A DNA stretch of 64,000 nt from Takakia lepidozioides (Eukaryota > Plantae > Bryophyta), in NCBI GenBank assembly GCA_030704615.1, contig CM060733.1, positions 67,022,001-67,086,000 on the forward strand, given 5' to 3'. Numbering within the stretch: position 1 is the first letter of the stretch; every line of letters starts with the position of its first letter. Below the pieces are notes generated by a model, which did no database searches, had not been told where the DNA came from, and worked only from the letters and a program-made list of their open reading frames with translations. Below, piece by piece: positions 1 through 12,625 of the stretch. Position numbers and translations under genes: made by a program.

Positions 1-511
1 GAGACGGAGAGATGCGGACTCTTTTTATTTTCTTATGGCCTCAACCCCTTGCATAAAAAATGTGATACTGGCCCTCTGTGAGAGGATCATGCGTTCTTAA
101 TCGTTTTCCTTCAGGTCGAAGGCTTGCACGTGAAGATTATCTCTGAATTGAGTTGTCATTAGAGCATAGTTTGTTAGTGGAGCGGGGGGGGGGGGGGGGG
201 GGCAGGGCAGGGAACGGAGCAAATGTACTTGGCAAAGATTCCTACACGACAACTAGAGCCGGGAAATGGTATTTCTGTTTCCTGCTCCACGGTGGCACGC
301 TATGGCCGTGAGCCTTGGACTAAGAGCTGGGGTGTTTGTGTGCCGCCTGTTAGACTTTTAAGCAGTACGGTATAACTATTGAGGAGATTTCCAGCTGGGA
401 ATTCCTGGGTACCCGTTTCAGTAAGCATGCCTGGCACGGGACAGGGGAATTGTGGATTTTTCAAGTCAGTTGAGGAAGAGGCAAAGTGAGTTGTGTTGAC
501 AGTCTTCGGCT

Positions 512-3500
512 ATGTGCAGGTCATGGTGGTGCTGCCGGCAGGCACCCCGGGGTTGGCAGTTGGTGATGTTATTCTTAGCATGGTCAATGTTGTTGCTCCT
601 GCTCATGCCATGTTTGGCTAGGGGAAGCCATGATTTATTGCAGCCTGGCTTGGAACGCTTGGAGGACTGTGATACGATTTGTGGGGGAAGCCTTGACGAT
701 GCAAAAGGTGTGTCTGATGAGGCTTTTGTCCTAACCAGGTTTGGTGTCAATGAAAGTTCCCAGTGAATTGAGCGGAGTTTGTGTATATGATGTTGTACAG
801 AGGTCCTATGGAGAGAGAGAGAGAGAGAGAGAGATGAAGAAGAAGAGGAACAAGACAAAAGAAATTTGTTACGTGAAGAATACAGAGAGAACGTTATTAA
901 CGGTAGCCTTGGTTCATAGGCTCCGCTCTCAGTTTGGGCGGAACAAAAGGGGTCACACACTACCTTTGTGAGGGGCTCACTCCAGTAGTGGGGACTTACA
1001 TTGGTACAGAGAGAGATGGTGTGAGAGAGAGAGGGGACTCATATTTTCTGGCTCATAGGTTCCTAAGGGTATAATCGAGGCACTTGTTCTTTCTTCCAGC
1101 TTTTCAAAGTGCATGCATGCTCTTAACTCTATTGCAAAAAGTTATGAGTTTGATAGCTATCCTCCCCTATGCCATGCAGGTGGATTTTTCTTCTAAGAAA
1201 TTATTTAGCCCCACATTACTTTAAAGGGTTTGATAATACAGTTGCATGTATGCAGGCTCAATAGAAGCTGCTGCCTATCATTTATTGTGTGCTGGAGGAA
1301 AGAAATGCAGGGAACCTCTGCCTCCATCTGGTGATGCCAGTAGGGCTTTTGCAAACATAGTATCTCTGGCGAAAGGAAGCCAACAAAGGAGCCTGGACTT
1401 CTCTCTTGAAGATGATTTAACTGGGTTAGGGTCAGTAGGAGAGGGAGACCCTCAAAGAACAGCAGGTTTTAGTGCTAAAAGAGAGACCAATGTGCAGACA
1501 AACTCTGAGAAAACTCTCTGTAGAGGTTTGATTAGAGTGGGGAGTGGGGTGTACTGTGCTTCCCCTCTTTCCGGGTTAGGTTCAAAGGCACAGGTGTCAG
1601 TTGATGTGTCTGTGAACACATGTGATTCTCCCAAGAAGAGGGCTTCAAGCTTCCAAGGCTCTTCCTCATCAGCTCCCAATGTAGAAATAGTTCCCCCTCT
1701 CTTGAAGTGGGGACAACAAGTGCTGTTCCAGCCATCAGTTGCTCCATTGACGGTCATCAATACCTGTAACAGTTCAGGGCTGACAGTTTTTTCCCTGTTC
1801 AGCACGAATCCACTATTTTATGCCTCTGGCTTCCAAGAGAGAGTTGTTGCCCCTGGTGGGAAGCTTCTAGTCCCCATCGTCTTTTTACCTCGGTCCCTGG
1901 GGATTACTGGAGGTTTGCTCATTTTGCAAACTAGGGCAGGGGGTTTTCTAGTCCAGACACAGGGGGAGGGCATTGGTTCTCTGTACAAAGCGCAACCTCT
2001 GGCAAGCCTGCAAGTTATTCAGCGAGAGAGACTTCAACGAATTGTCTCCCTCCATAACCCGTTTGAGGAGATACTGATGGTGGATGAAGTGATTGCCTGG
2101 CCAGGCTCTAACTCTAGGTCTATCAATGAAGCAGGGGAACCCAGCAAGAAGGAAATTGTTGGGAGTAGTGACCCTCTATCGGAAGGTACGTCCCAACCAG
2201 TAACTGGGGATGATATTCATCGAACTGGGGCACTGCACATGCGAGCAGCTGGTTCATGGGAAATAAAGCCCCATTCAAGTTGCGCAATTGTAGAATTTGA
2301 TTTGGATTCTGAAGAGGAAGAAAGATTTGAAGGATGGGTTCACATATGGTTATCCCAAGATTCACAAGGTGGGGAGGCTCATAATTTGATTCTACCAATC
2401 AATGTTAATGTGGGCCAGTCAGACACAACTTACCCATCCATTTGGCCAGTGCCTGGTGTTCTGGATTTTGGAATGCTGGTTGGAGGAGAGCACGAAATCA
2501 CACAACCTCTTGTCCTCCTGAATTCTGGTGATGAATTAGTGCAGGTGAGGTCACTCTCTTTTTGTTTCTACACAATTGCTTAACATAGCAATACTACACA
2601 CTGTGAAATGGCATGGCCTACTGTTAAGGCAAGCTAGCATTTGCACACATGAGATGTTCAGTTCATAGGCAAGGGCCATGGACATACCCAGCAGTCCGTA
2701 GTAGTCTGCCAGGCGCAAATCTGTCAGTGCAGCTGCTTCACTTTGTTAGTTCTCAGCATGTGGAAGTACTGATCTTTCATGCCAGGAATGTTTTTGACTT
2801 TCTTCAACATATCAAGATATACAAGCTAGGCCCATGTCATTGGTGACACTCATGTTTCTATTCATTTATTAGGAAAAACACTTGGGAACTTGACTCTGGG
2901 CAATGAGTTGTTGGAACCTTCAACCCTCAGTTTTGTCAGTCATTTATCTCTAAAGTCCATTGTTGCGGAAAGTGCTGATTAAAGGAGGATCCTCGTTAGT
3001 GGGCTGGCCACCCATGTCCTTTTAGTCTAGGTTTATGTCCCTACTGTACATCTCATGTGAGGGAAACAAATGATTGATGTGCAGATAGAGGAGATATATG
3101 AGCTTTTTGGAGACCCAAATGTGGCTGGCATACAATTTGAAAGAGGGATGGTGCTGCTTCCTGGCAGTGAGACTGAGGTTGCGACGATCACATACAAGCG
3201 TATTGAGGAGAGGCTTGTGAATGAGCCATATGAAGCCCAGCCGTATGGATGGAGCCACAGATTAGTAGTTCGTACTAACAGCACCGGCAGTCCCCACATG
3301 GAAGTTCCATATCATGCCCAAATTTTGCCAGCATCAACTGAGTCCCATCCCCCCCAGTCATCTTCAGGTCTCGTCACAGAAACCCTAGTTTTGCAAGCAT
3401 CGACTCAGTCCTCTCATTCATCTCCAGGCATCATCACAGAAACCATAGGTAAATTGGCCGGGAATCTGAATCCCCGAGAGTCTTCGGATAGGAGTCCTCC

Positions 3501-5808
3501 AAGGTCCCAGATGCTTTTTGAGAACTTCCATATATATGCCAGGATTAGGAAGGTCCAGTCAATGGCTAATCTGCCAAGTCAACCACTCCCCACAACCATG
3601 GAAGGGGCACAGCTGAATGGGTATGAGCTCTTTGGCGTCCTTCTCCTAGTACTAGTTGTCTTCTTCTGGATGCTCACATTGTCACGTGAACACCCATCTT
3701 TGATCAATGGTCTCAAGGATGTGCCGCAGCGAAACGTGTCAGGTCATATTGGTCCCTTAGTAGGCACTGCATCCATGACAAACCAGGATAGTCTTAGCAA
3801 GTTGAAAGGCTTAGGAGCTCTTGCAGCCTTGGGGTCAGCTCTAGAAACTGATGATTGTAGCCCCTCTTCTCAGCTACCTCTTTCTCGAATTAGAGTAAAA
3901 GTTTCCAACTCGTCGTCTTCCGTTACACATCAAGGTTCAAAGCTTTCCAGTAGTGGGATCACCCCGAAAGAAGCAAGGTTGGGATCACTGAATACGGCCT
4001 CCCGGAAAACTAACTATGACAAAAAATGCCAGGTGGCTCTTCGGCCAGACTACCAGCATGCAGAAAGAATCAACCCCGAGGCTCCACATGAAAGTTCTCA
4101 AATAAACTATTCAGGAACACTACCTCCAAATGCCAAGCAGCCACCATTCTTGAAATTGTTGAAGGCAGGGGTTGACTTTAAAGAAGTGGTTGATGGAGGG
4201 AGCTTGAAAGACTCTTTTTTGGGGCTTGCTCCCTGCTCCCCAGTGCAGGGCTCGCCCAAGAAGGGAACCACCCCATTTAGGCAAGGTGCTCCTCAGAAGT
4301 CTCAGCCCCTCTTTCCCCATTCACAAACACAACCGGAAAAGGATAAGAGCCGGAGAAAGAGGAGGAAGGGGACTGTCGTTTCAGTGAAGGAGGATCCGGG
4401 CTCTAACCTGAGCACAAGTGGGGTTTCGTCACCTTCATCTCCTGCCTCCCCAGTGACTCCAGCTAGTATCTCTAAACCTGTCAACCCTTTTCTTCCCACT
4501 GAACCTCATTCCACTCTCTCAACTAGTTTGTATTCTGGCCATTCCTCTTTGTCTGCAGCATGCTTTAGCCTCGAGAGTGTTGGGGCTGGTGCACAGCCAG
4601 CGACCTCTCTTACAAAGCTCGGCATGGAAGGCGGGAGCAGTTCCCAGGAGGATTTAAGAGTCTCACTTGCAGGGCAAGAAAGTCTTACTGTTGATGCTGC
4701 ATGCACTGCATTGCGGCAGATGGCACAAGCAAAATCAGCTCATTTGAATTGGCCCAATGTGGGGAAATGGGAGATAGCTGTTGGCAAGAGAGTGAGCAGC
4801 AATCAGTGTGTTGCTGTTACACCCCATTCCTTGGCAAGTGCCACAGGTCCTACAAAAGGAGATGATATGGAGGAGGAGAGTCCTCGAAGTTGGACCAATC
4901 GACGTGGTCACAAGGATGGAGTGATCCACGGGCAGCTCAGAAAGGGTGCACCAGCACTGACCTCATCTGCCACATTTCCTTGCCGCAGTGCTCGGGCCAC
5001 TGGGTGGAATATTTCAACAACTGCGCATGGCACGACCAATGTGTTTGCTCCAATCACTGGCAGCTCCAGATTTCTTTCAGCATCAGCCATGGCTCCATCG
5101 TGTCGTGCTCCGGGAGCCAAGATGGTAAAGCACTCTCTTGGGCAAAGTGATTGTGAACTTTACCAGTATACCAAGAGGACCAGTGAAGATCTGATAGATA
5201 GCTGGAGTAGCGACCTCGGGTGTAGAGTCAATCCACAAAGTGGCATGACAAATATGGGAAGGGCTTCTCAGAACAGTCCAGCGAGCCCTCTCCCAGAGCA
5301 AACCTCAGGAGACTCTGTGTACGATATATGGGGCAACAATTTTTGGGAGATCACTCAATTTAGCACCCAACATGGGCAGCAGGGTTTGTTGGGGGAGCCT
5401 GGGATGGAGGGAGATGCAGTAAGCAGTTTCCACAGGCTCCTTGTACCCGACAACTCAGGAAGCCTCTTCTCGGGGTCAGTATTTGTAGGGCCTCAGCTGG
5501 ATGTTTCCAGCAATAGGAGCCCGGTTTCCAGTTGCCCCATGTCTCCGGTGTCTGGATTCTCTGTGTACTCGGATGCCTCCAATCTACAATCAGCAGGCAG
5601 CCTCACATTGTCTCCAGTCGCATTCAGTGAGTTTTCAGGACATTTGAATGGGCCCCTGGAATTTACTCAGAAAAGCTCAGTTGTCAGCAGGTCATTGGAG
5701 ATGGCGAAGCCTCGTGTGAGGGGTCCTTACACTCCACCCATGGGGGGAGCTCCCATACAGACAATCAAAGTGGGGGCATCAAAAGTGGGGCCCACTCCAA
5801 CTCTATGA
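512..5808 (+). CDS. TMEM131-like (DUF3651-type) membrane protein; predicted exons 512-707, 1256-2544, 3085-5808 (~1400 aa)
   Basis: Three long ORF blocks join through phase-compatible GT-AG introns (AAG|GTGTGT..TGCAG phase 1; CAG|GTGAGG..TGCAG phase 0). The product has an N-terminal signal-like hydrophobic stretch and an Ig-like TMEM131_N-type region (LTVINTCN...IVFLPRSLG...LILQTRAGGFLVQTQGEG...SLHNPFEE). It also has one TM segment (LFGVLLLVLVVFFWML), a basic KSRRKRRK patch, a Ser-rich tail and the plant-family YDIWG motif. Confidence 0.85.
811..834. repeat. (GA)n microsatellite in predicted intron 1
   Basis: Direct reading. Confidence 0.9.
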
Positions 5809-7637
5809 AAGATGTATCATGGTCCTTCTGGACAATGGAAGAACCAGTTTGTACAAGGCTTTGGCCATTCCAATCGAACCCTCTACATTATGCCATTGTT
5901 ACTGTGCAGATGAATCCTCTACAATTTCTTTGATGGAGAAGTGTGGGGGGGAGGCACTGTTTTCCTCCCTAAACCCCGTTTTTCCCTCACTCTTCACAAG
6001 AAATAGGCGCCAGTTAACTGAAAGGTGGGTAGCCCATAATGCCTCTGGGAATTAGTAAATGGATACTTGCACATCAACTGTCTCGATAAGGTAGTGAAGT
6101 GCAAATTTGGTCCCTTTCTTCAAAGGTGAGAACTTATGCAGCAAGATCAGAAGTAACTGCCAAATCCAGGACAGTTCTGGTCCTGAGCTTGGTAAACATT
6201 CAATGGCCTGTCAAAGAAAGAGGCAGCAAGAGCTGGCACACTGCACAAAGCATTGGCGCCTTCAATTGCAGACCTGCAGTGTTGTTTTTGGTGGACTATT
6301 TTGGGATTGATGATTTGGAAATCAGGGGGATCAAGTGTTAGGGCGAGAGGATGGGGGCTCCGCAAGTTGCGGTGAGTGAGCCCCCAGGGACTTTGATTTT
6401 CTAAGCTCCAGGCCTCCCATGGACCGGTTCCCCTGGCTTCATCTCTCCCGCTTCTTCATGGTTGATATGAGGATCAAAGCCTCTCTCGCCCAGCCCTTGG
6501 CAGGTGCCTAAACGTCTCACAAGGGTCCACAAGCAATTCAGGAGGAAGAGAAACGAGAATGATAACTTCCCTAGTGTGAGGATATAAGAAGTGACTCTGT
6601 GTGTGGGAGCTGAAAATGTCGAGCAGCAACCTGGCTCTGATAACCCCTACAGCTGACAATGCAATGGATTAGGAGAAGAGTGATTAATCACACAACTGAA
6701 GAAAGGAGTCGCAACAAGTGAATTAGCAGCAAATGTCAGAGTTGGCGCATTAGGATACCACCTTGCCTTGTCCTTGACAATTACGATTTTAAGCTGGCCG
6801 AAGAGAGACGGAGTTATGAAATGCTTCAGACATAGTTAGGAATTGCAAACAAGGATTCCGAATCCTTAATCCAACATAAACCACCCAGAGCTTGGGATTG
6901 AAGAGAAGAAGCAGTGTCACACGCTTTGAAGGTCAGCAAGGTTGTCGAGCGGCTCTTGCATTCTCCGACGCCTCATCCAGTTTACGGAGGAGCCGGTTTG
7001 CGAAGTTAAGGGACACACAGGAGCAGCATTTGCCTTAAAGGTCTTAAGTGCACTCAGAATCCCGAGGGAGAGCGGTAAAGCATTCAACTTTGGTGCAGAT
7101 TCCAGCATGCCAACGCCGATCAGGGCGGCTGGATTTAATCACGCCGCTCAGGGGGAGGCTGAGTAATGCGGCACCCCAAGAGCATGCATGCAACGGCGTC
7201 CTGGTTTCAAGAAAGAGAAGTAGGGTAATGAACAAGAGGCTTGAACAGACTCACTCAGCTTTCGTTATCAGGTATCCATACATTAGGAGGGGCCTCTTAG
7301 GTGGGCGTGATAGGGGATCCAAGGGAATAGCAATCATGCAATTATCCCTGTAAATTTTGTTGAGTTCCAGTGAACTCAAGGAAGGATGGCTACTCACTGA
7401 TTTCTTGAAATCACGAGAGAATGAGTCAGCGGAAGCAAAGGAATGGAAAGCATTCCTGAAAGAGTTTCAGGGTTTACCAGTAGCAATACAACAAAAGATC
7501 TTTCTTTCAAATTGCGAAAGAAGATGATAAATGGGGATTGAAGGGAGGAGTGATCAATATTGCACGAGCCCATGGGAAAGTAGGAGTGTAAATGAGATTT
7601 GGCTTTCTCGTTTAGCTTTATTGATTACTCTATTACC

Positions 7638-7885
7638 AATCAGAAAAGTATGCTACACTAGTTATGTCTTCAAAGAAGGCTGTTCAAATTATGGATATTG
7701 TCATACAATCATAGAAGAAGTGGAGTACTGGATACCCAAAGACTTGTTACAAGTCCGATACACTGAGAAGGACAAATGGTATTATTGTGCCCACTAAAAG
7801 ATTGGTGATCAATCAGTTAAGTCGTGCTACGGATTCTGGCAGGATGGTGTAATGTTGAAGAAAGGGTAGAGACCACTATAATTTT
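7638..7885 (+). mobile_element. Fragment of LTR-retrotransposon internal region (pre-gag)
   Basis: Reverse-complement homolog of ~36030-36283, which lies just upstream of a gag ORF. Confidence 0.65.
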
Positions 7886-8395
7886 TCAGATGTAGCTACG
7901 GCTGAGCCTAGCCGCGTGAGCCCAGGAGCTTGGTTCACGCTTTGCCCTCTAAGCGTGAGCCTAGGTTCACGCTTGCTACGTGAGCCCAGGGTTTAGAGGA
8001 GGGAGAAGCAAGTCCCATAACCGAGGACAAGGTTTAGAGGGGGTCCTATTACCGTGGAAGCGTATATTTGGAAGAAGAGGTGAACACGACAAAACTTCCA
8101 AACACGGCAACATACGGCTAACATGGCAAACACGGCAATATTGAGTCCCTTTTACAAGCACGACGATCCCAATTCCCATAGCCCTACTTCGTCAACCCCA
8201 AGCACTCCCACCCCAAGCACTTCACGCTGTTGGTCCCACCCTCGACCAGCCCCAAGCGCTCCACCTTGAAGACGAGCCCCAAGCCGCGATCCCACCTGGC
8301 CCCACTCTCACCAAGCCCCAGCCTTCTCTGGTCACTGTTCCTATAAGTTATACTCTTGCAGCAGCCACACCCACTAGTGAGTTCCTTTTCTACCC

Positions 8396-8781
8396 ACCGA
8401 CAATAGTACAACTATCTAGAAAGTATAACTCTCTAGAAAGTCACCTAGTGAACTAGGGAAGATGGCTATACCAACTCTGGCCCGCGAGTAGCGGGTTTAA
8501 CGGGTTTTGGACCTAGTTGGCGGGTGCGGGTCCGGTTCCGGGTTCATTTTAAAAATGAACCCGGGTCAGGGTCCGAGTTTAGGGTGATGGCACGGGTCCG
8601 GATCCGGATAGGTAACCCGGACCCTAACCCGTCGGGTACAATCTGGACCCGCACAACACTGTCGTCGATGTCGTCGATGATCATAATGAAATCATGATCA
8701 TGAAGAAATTGAGTGCGTTGACGCACTCAATTCTCCGGGGGGGGGGGGGGGGCAATAAAAAAAAAACAAGAAAAAAAAGTT

Positions 8782-8812
<31 letters not shown>

Positions 8813-9544
8813 GTCCCCTCTCCCCCCCCCCCCCCCCCGGCGGAGAACTGAGTGCGTCAACGCACTCAATTTCTTCATGATCATGATTTCATGATGATCA
8901 TCGACGACATCTACCCAAATGCCGAAAAAAATAAAATAAAAAATAAAATAATTTTTTTTCCTTATTATTATTATTATTATTATTATTATTGGAATTCTTA
9001 TGTGCCACGCCCGCTTAATTCCCAGCCCTCTTTCCCTCCAATAGTAGAACTATCTAGAAAGTAGAACTCTCTAGACAGTCAACTAGGGAAGATGGTTATA
9101 CCAATTGGCTATACCAACTCTGGCCCGCGAGTAGCGGGTTTAACGGGTTCTGGACCTAGCTGGCGGGTCCGGGTCCAGTTCCAGGTTCATTTTAAAAATG
9201 AACCCGGGTCAGGGTCCGAGTTTTTGGTGATGGCACGGGTCCGGATCCGGATAGGTAACCCGGACCCTAACCCGCCGGGTACCCGGGGTCAAAATCCGGA
9301 CCCGCACAACACTGTCGTCGATGATCATCATGATCATGAAGAAATTGAGTGCGTTGACGCACTCAGTTCTCCGCCGGATGGGGGGGGGACAAAACAAAAC
9401 AAAACAAAACAAAAAACTTTTTTTTCTAGTTTTTTCTTATTGTCCCCCCCAACCCCGCGGAGAACTGAGTGTGTCAACGCACTCAATTTCTTCATGATCA
9501 TGATTTCATGATGATCATCGACGACATCTACCCAAATGCCGGAG

Positions 9545-9579
<35 letters not shown>

Positions 9580-9720
9580 GTTTTTCCTTATTATTATTAT
9601 TATTATTATTTGGAATTCTTATGTGCCACGCCCGCTTAATTCCCAGCCCTCTTTCCCTACAATAGTAGAACTATCTAGAAAGTAGAACTCTCTAGAAAGT
9701 CAACTAGGGATCTGGCCCGC
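8396..9720. repeat. Tandem duplication (~630 bp unit, 2 copies plus a third boundary motif); each unit has a CGGGTC-rich hAT-like end and a ~220-240 bp fold-back element
   Basis: Boundary motif aatagtagaactatctagaaagtagaactctctag at ~8401, ~9040 and ~9661. Inverted arms gatgtcgtcgatgatcat...atgatcatcgacgacatc at 8668-8910 and ~9312-9528. Confidence 0.85.
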
Positions 9721-9837
9721 GAGGGGGGCTGCTATTTCATGAGCCATGAGCCATGAGCGGCATGATCTTTACATTTGTAGCATGCACACAGTAGAATGTT
9801 GAATGATAGAACTCCTGCAAATCATTGAGTGTAGCTG

Positions 9838-10343
9838 CATCACTTAAGGGTTGCATGACCGATACTGTCATTGCATTTTGATAGTTTGAATGAGAGGGCT
9901 CAGCTTTGGAAATTTGTTGCTTAAAGGCTGAATGCAGATGTGGTGCTTGGAAGAATGTAGATACAGTTAAGGGGCGTTTTGTATCCACCTCTATCAACAT
10001 TCCAAGATACACTATAATCATCTGTCATTCTCTCTACACCTCCCTGGTTTGAAGTCCATACCACCACTCCATTCTATTTTTCAAAATGTTCTCATCTCAT
10101 TTACACTAACTCCAGAGCCCTTCAGAAATTTCAATAACATCTATCCTAAGTCAAAGAAGAAGAAGACCCTTCACACTTAACTGATACATACCCATGTTCA
10201 AGCGGTGGATTCCATGCTCGAGCTGGCACCTCACCCTCCCTGTCATCAGCCGCCTTAATGTTTGCTGTTACTTGCATCCGCCGGCGCTTCTCCAAAATGA
10301 AGATCTCGTATACTAAATTCTTCATTGTTGCAGCACCCCAGTC
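9838..10343. mobile_element. Rearranged LTR fragment (same family as 48672-49663)
   Basis: 9838-9988 is the reverse complement of 49184-49334; 9988-10343 is a direct match to ~49342-49663. Confidence 0.85.
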
Positions 10344-10877
10344 TAGAACGCAGGAGGTGGCCCTAACTCTCCCATCGTTGTGGGTTCTGTGCCACCAGTA
10401 CCCCCACCTTATTATGGTATGCCTTAGTACCCACAGTCTGGCACTCAGTATGGTCAGGGTCAATATGGTGCTCCTCCATATGGGCAGTATGGCCAGTATC
10501 CTCCTCCACCATATTTGCCACCCCCTAATAGCTATGGGGGTGGCAGGCCACCGGAATATCCTCCTGCTTATGGACAGTATGGCCAGTATGGTCCTCGGCC
10601 TTCTGGCCAACAGCCATGGCCACCAGTCCCTACTTGGCAAGATCCTGCTTTGAATTCTCCTGAGCGCACGGAGGTCTCTGAAGGAGGGGAGGGTGCCGTT
10701 TCAAAGAATGATAGAACCAATGCTTTAAGGAGGGCTAATAGCTCAGCCAAAATTGAAGCTGCCAAGGTGAAGGAAGAGAGAATAGCTGCAGGTCTTCCTC
10801 CCACGGTGATTTTGATGAACCTCAAAGGCCTTTCTGCCTTTTACATGGGCGTCACCAAGTCGACGGAACCTCGATAG
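10344..10877 (+). other. Pro/Gly/Tyr-rich low-complexity coding remnant (GQYG repeats), product unknown
   Basis: Repeated cagtatggt/cagtatggc giving YGQYGQY. Confidence 0.35.
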
Positions 10878-12111
10878 CCCTCAAAACAAGCTCATTACTG
10901 ATGCGGCACCTCGAGCTAAACTGCAATGCGGTCGTTCTGGTGCCCTTGGTGGAGCTGACCACAATGTCATGCCCATCAATGATTTTACCATCATACATTG
11001 ACAAGGTCACTGTGGGCCTCATGTGCCCGTGCGATTCGTCTTTGCAACTCAGCCGAATGTCTCCATACACTGGAAGAGCGGAGTGAACTCCACGAATATA
11101 GTTTTCTCCGGTGCCGTCCTCCCTGGTCCACTGGCAGCAGTTCCAGCGCCAAAGCAAGGCCGTGCGTGATCTCTCCGACATCCCATTCCAGCTTGGTATA
11201 TCGAGGTCAACAATTTTCAGGACCCACAGACTGCATTGACCCTCGCCCTCACCTCGCTCAAAGCGGTAATAGCCCTCCAAATACTCCATTGCGCGCAAAG
11301 ACTCCCGCTTGATTCCAGAAGCGTCAGTGAAAACAGAGAGCCAGACAATGATGTCTCCTGATTCTGGTTTGAACATAGCATAATCGTGGCCATGATAAGG
11401 GCAGTCAGCAGGATTCCGGCGGCACGGCATCCTTGAAGAAGATTAGCGGAGTACGCTCAATGACAGCAGCTCCCGGATGGAGGAGGCAGCAGTGCGGTGG
11501 CTGGAAGAAGTTCAAGCAAATGCTGCAATTCCTCACAAACACTCCAGGGCACATTTAAATTTCCCCCCTACAGGAACCTGCACGGATGAAGATTGGCTGC
11601 TCCATGAATGTAGCCGTTTTAGTTTCCTTCCCTGCCATGCAAACTATGGGCAGTAAGTGCCAGGTGGGCCTATAGCCACCCGAGACGTCGAAGTCCATCC
11701 CCCCTTCGATGTAAATGCGGCGCCGAATTTCCATCTGGGGGATGGACTTCGGTGGCAGATTTCAAACTATACCCCGTGGATGAGAAAGACTTATCGGTTC
11801 ATCCACCGCTGGCGTGATGAACACGTTACACGATGATTGGTGGGTATGTGGGACCCAGATGCTCCATTATTGGAGCCCGCACTGCTCTTCCGCTTCTCAT
11901 CATTCCCTAATTCTGCAAATAGACAACCTCACCCTCATATCTATACTAAAACAAAGGATAGCAGATCTTCCTTGTTTATATTCTACTCTATCCAGATTAC
12001 AGCCATGATTGACACTAAAACCCTAGAGTTGCATCGATTCCAGACTCACAGTGCTGGAACCAGAAAATCAGAACAAAACAAACACTACTACACATTCAGT
12101 GGTTGTAGGAG

Positions 12112-12625
12112 GCCTGACAAACTGATTGCTTCTGCAAGCATCAGAATGAAGAGGATCTTTGTTTGGGAAAAAAGGAAGAATGACGGGAGGGTCACTTGTG
12201 AGATAAAAGAAAAACCATGAGAGGCAGGGATTACCTATGTCTATACATTGTGGTATATCCATGTTGCCTTCTCACATCATAGTGCTATCATTCTGGAGGA
12301 AGTTCAGCATGTACAGCTTAAAGGGAATCACTTCATAGGCTGTGTGTTCACCCTGATAGTGATCTGTTTGTAAGACTGAAATCATCACACCAACCTTATT
12401 GGTGCATGCAAACCCTACTTAGATGTACCAAATCATGAAAGGGAGAACCTTCCCAGTCTCATCCATGTCTTCTCTTCCGCTGTGACGTGGATGAGGGCAT
12501 CTGGTCTCTGATCATGAATGGTGTAGATCTACTAATTAAGGGCTTGTGTCTTAGGCTAGCAAGCTTACCTTTCACTAAGAACTAGATTAGAATTAGACAG
12601 AAGGGATTTATGCCCTTCTTTTTCA
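12112..12625 (+). mobile_element. 3' part of an LTR ending in CA (same family as 48672-49182)
   Basis: Near-identical reverse complement of 48672-49182, which abuts a tRNA-Met PBS. Confidence 0.85.

Noticed and set aside
6400-7530. Possible decayed minus-strand coding region
   Set aside because: No recognisable motif.
8544-9511. Mirror-image ORFs on both strands
   Set aside because: By-product of the fold-back repeat.
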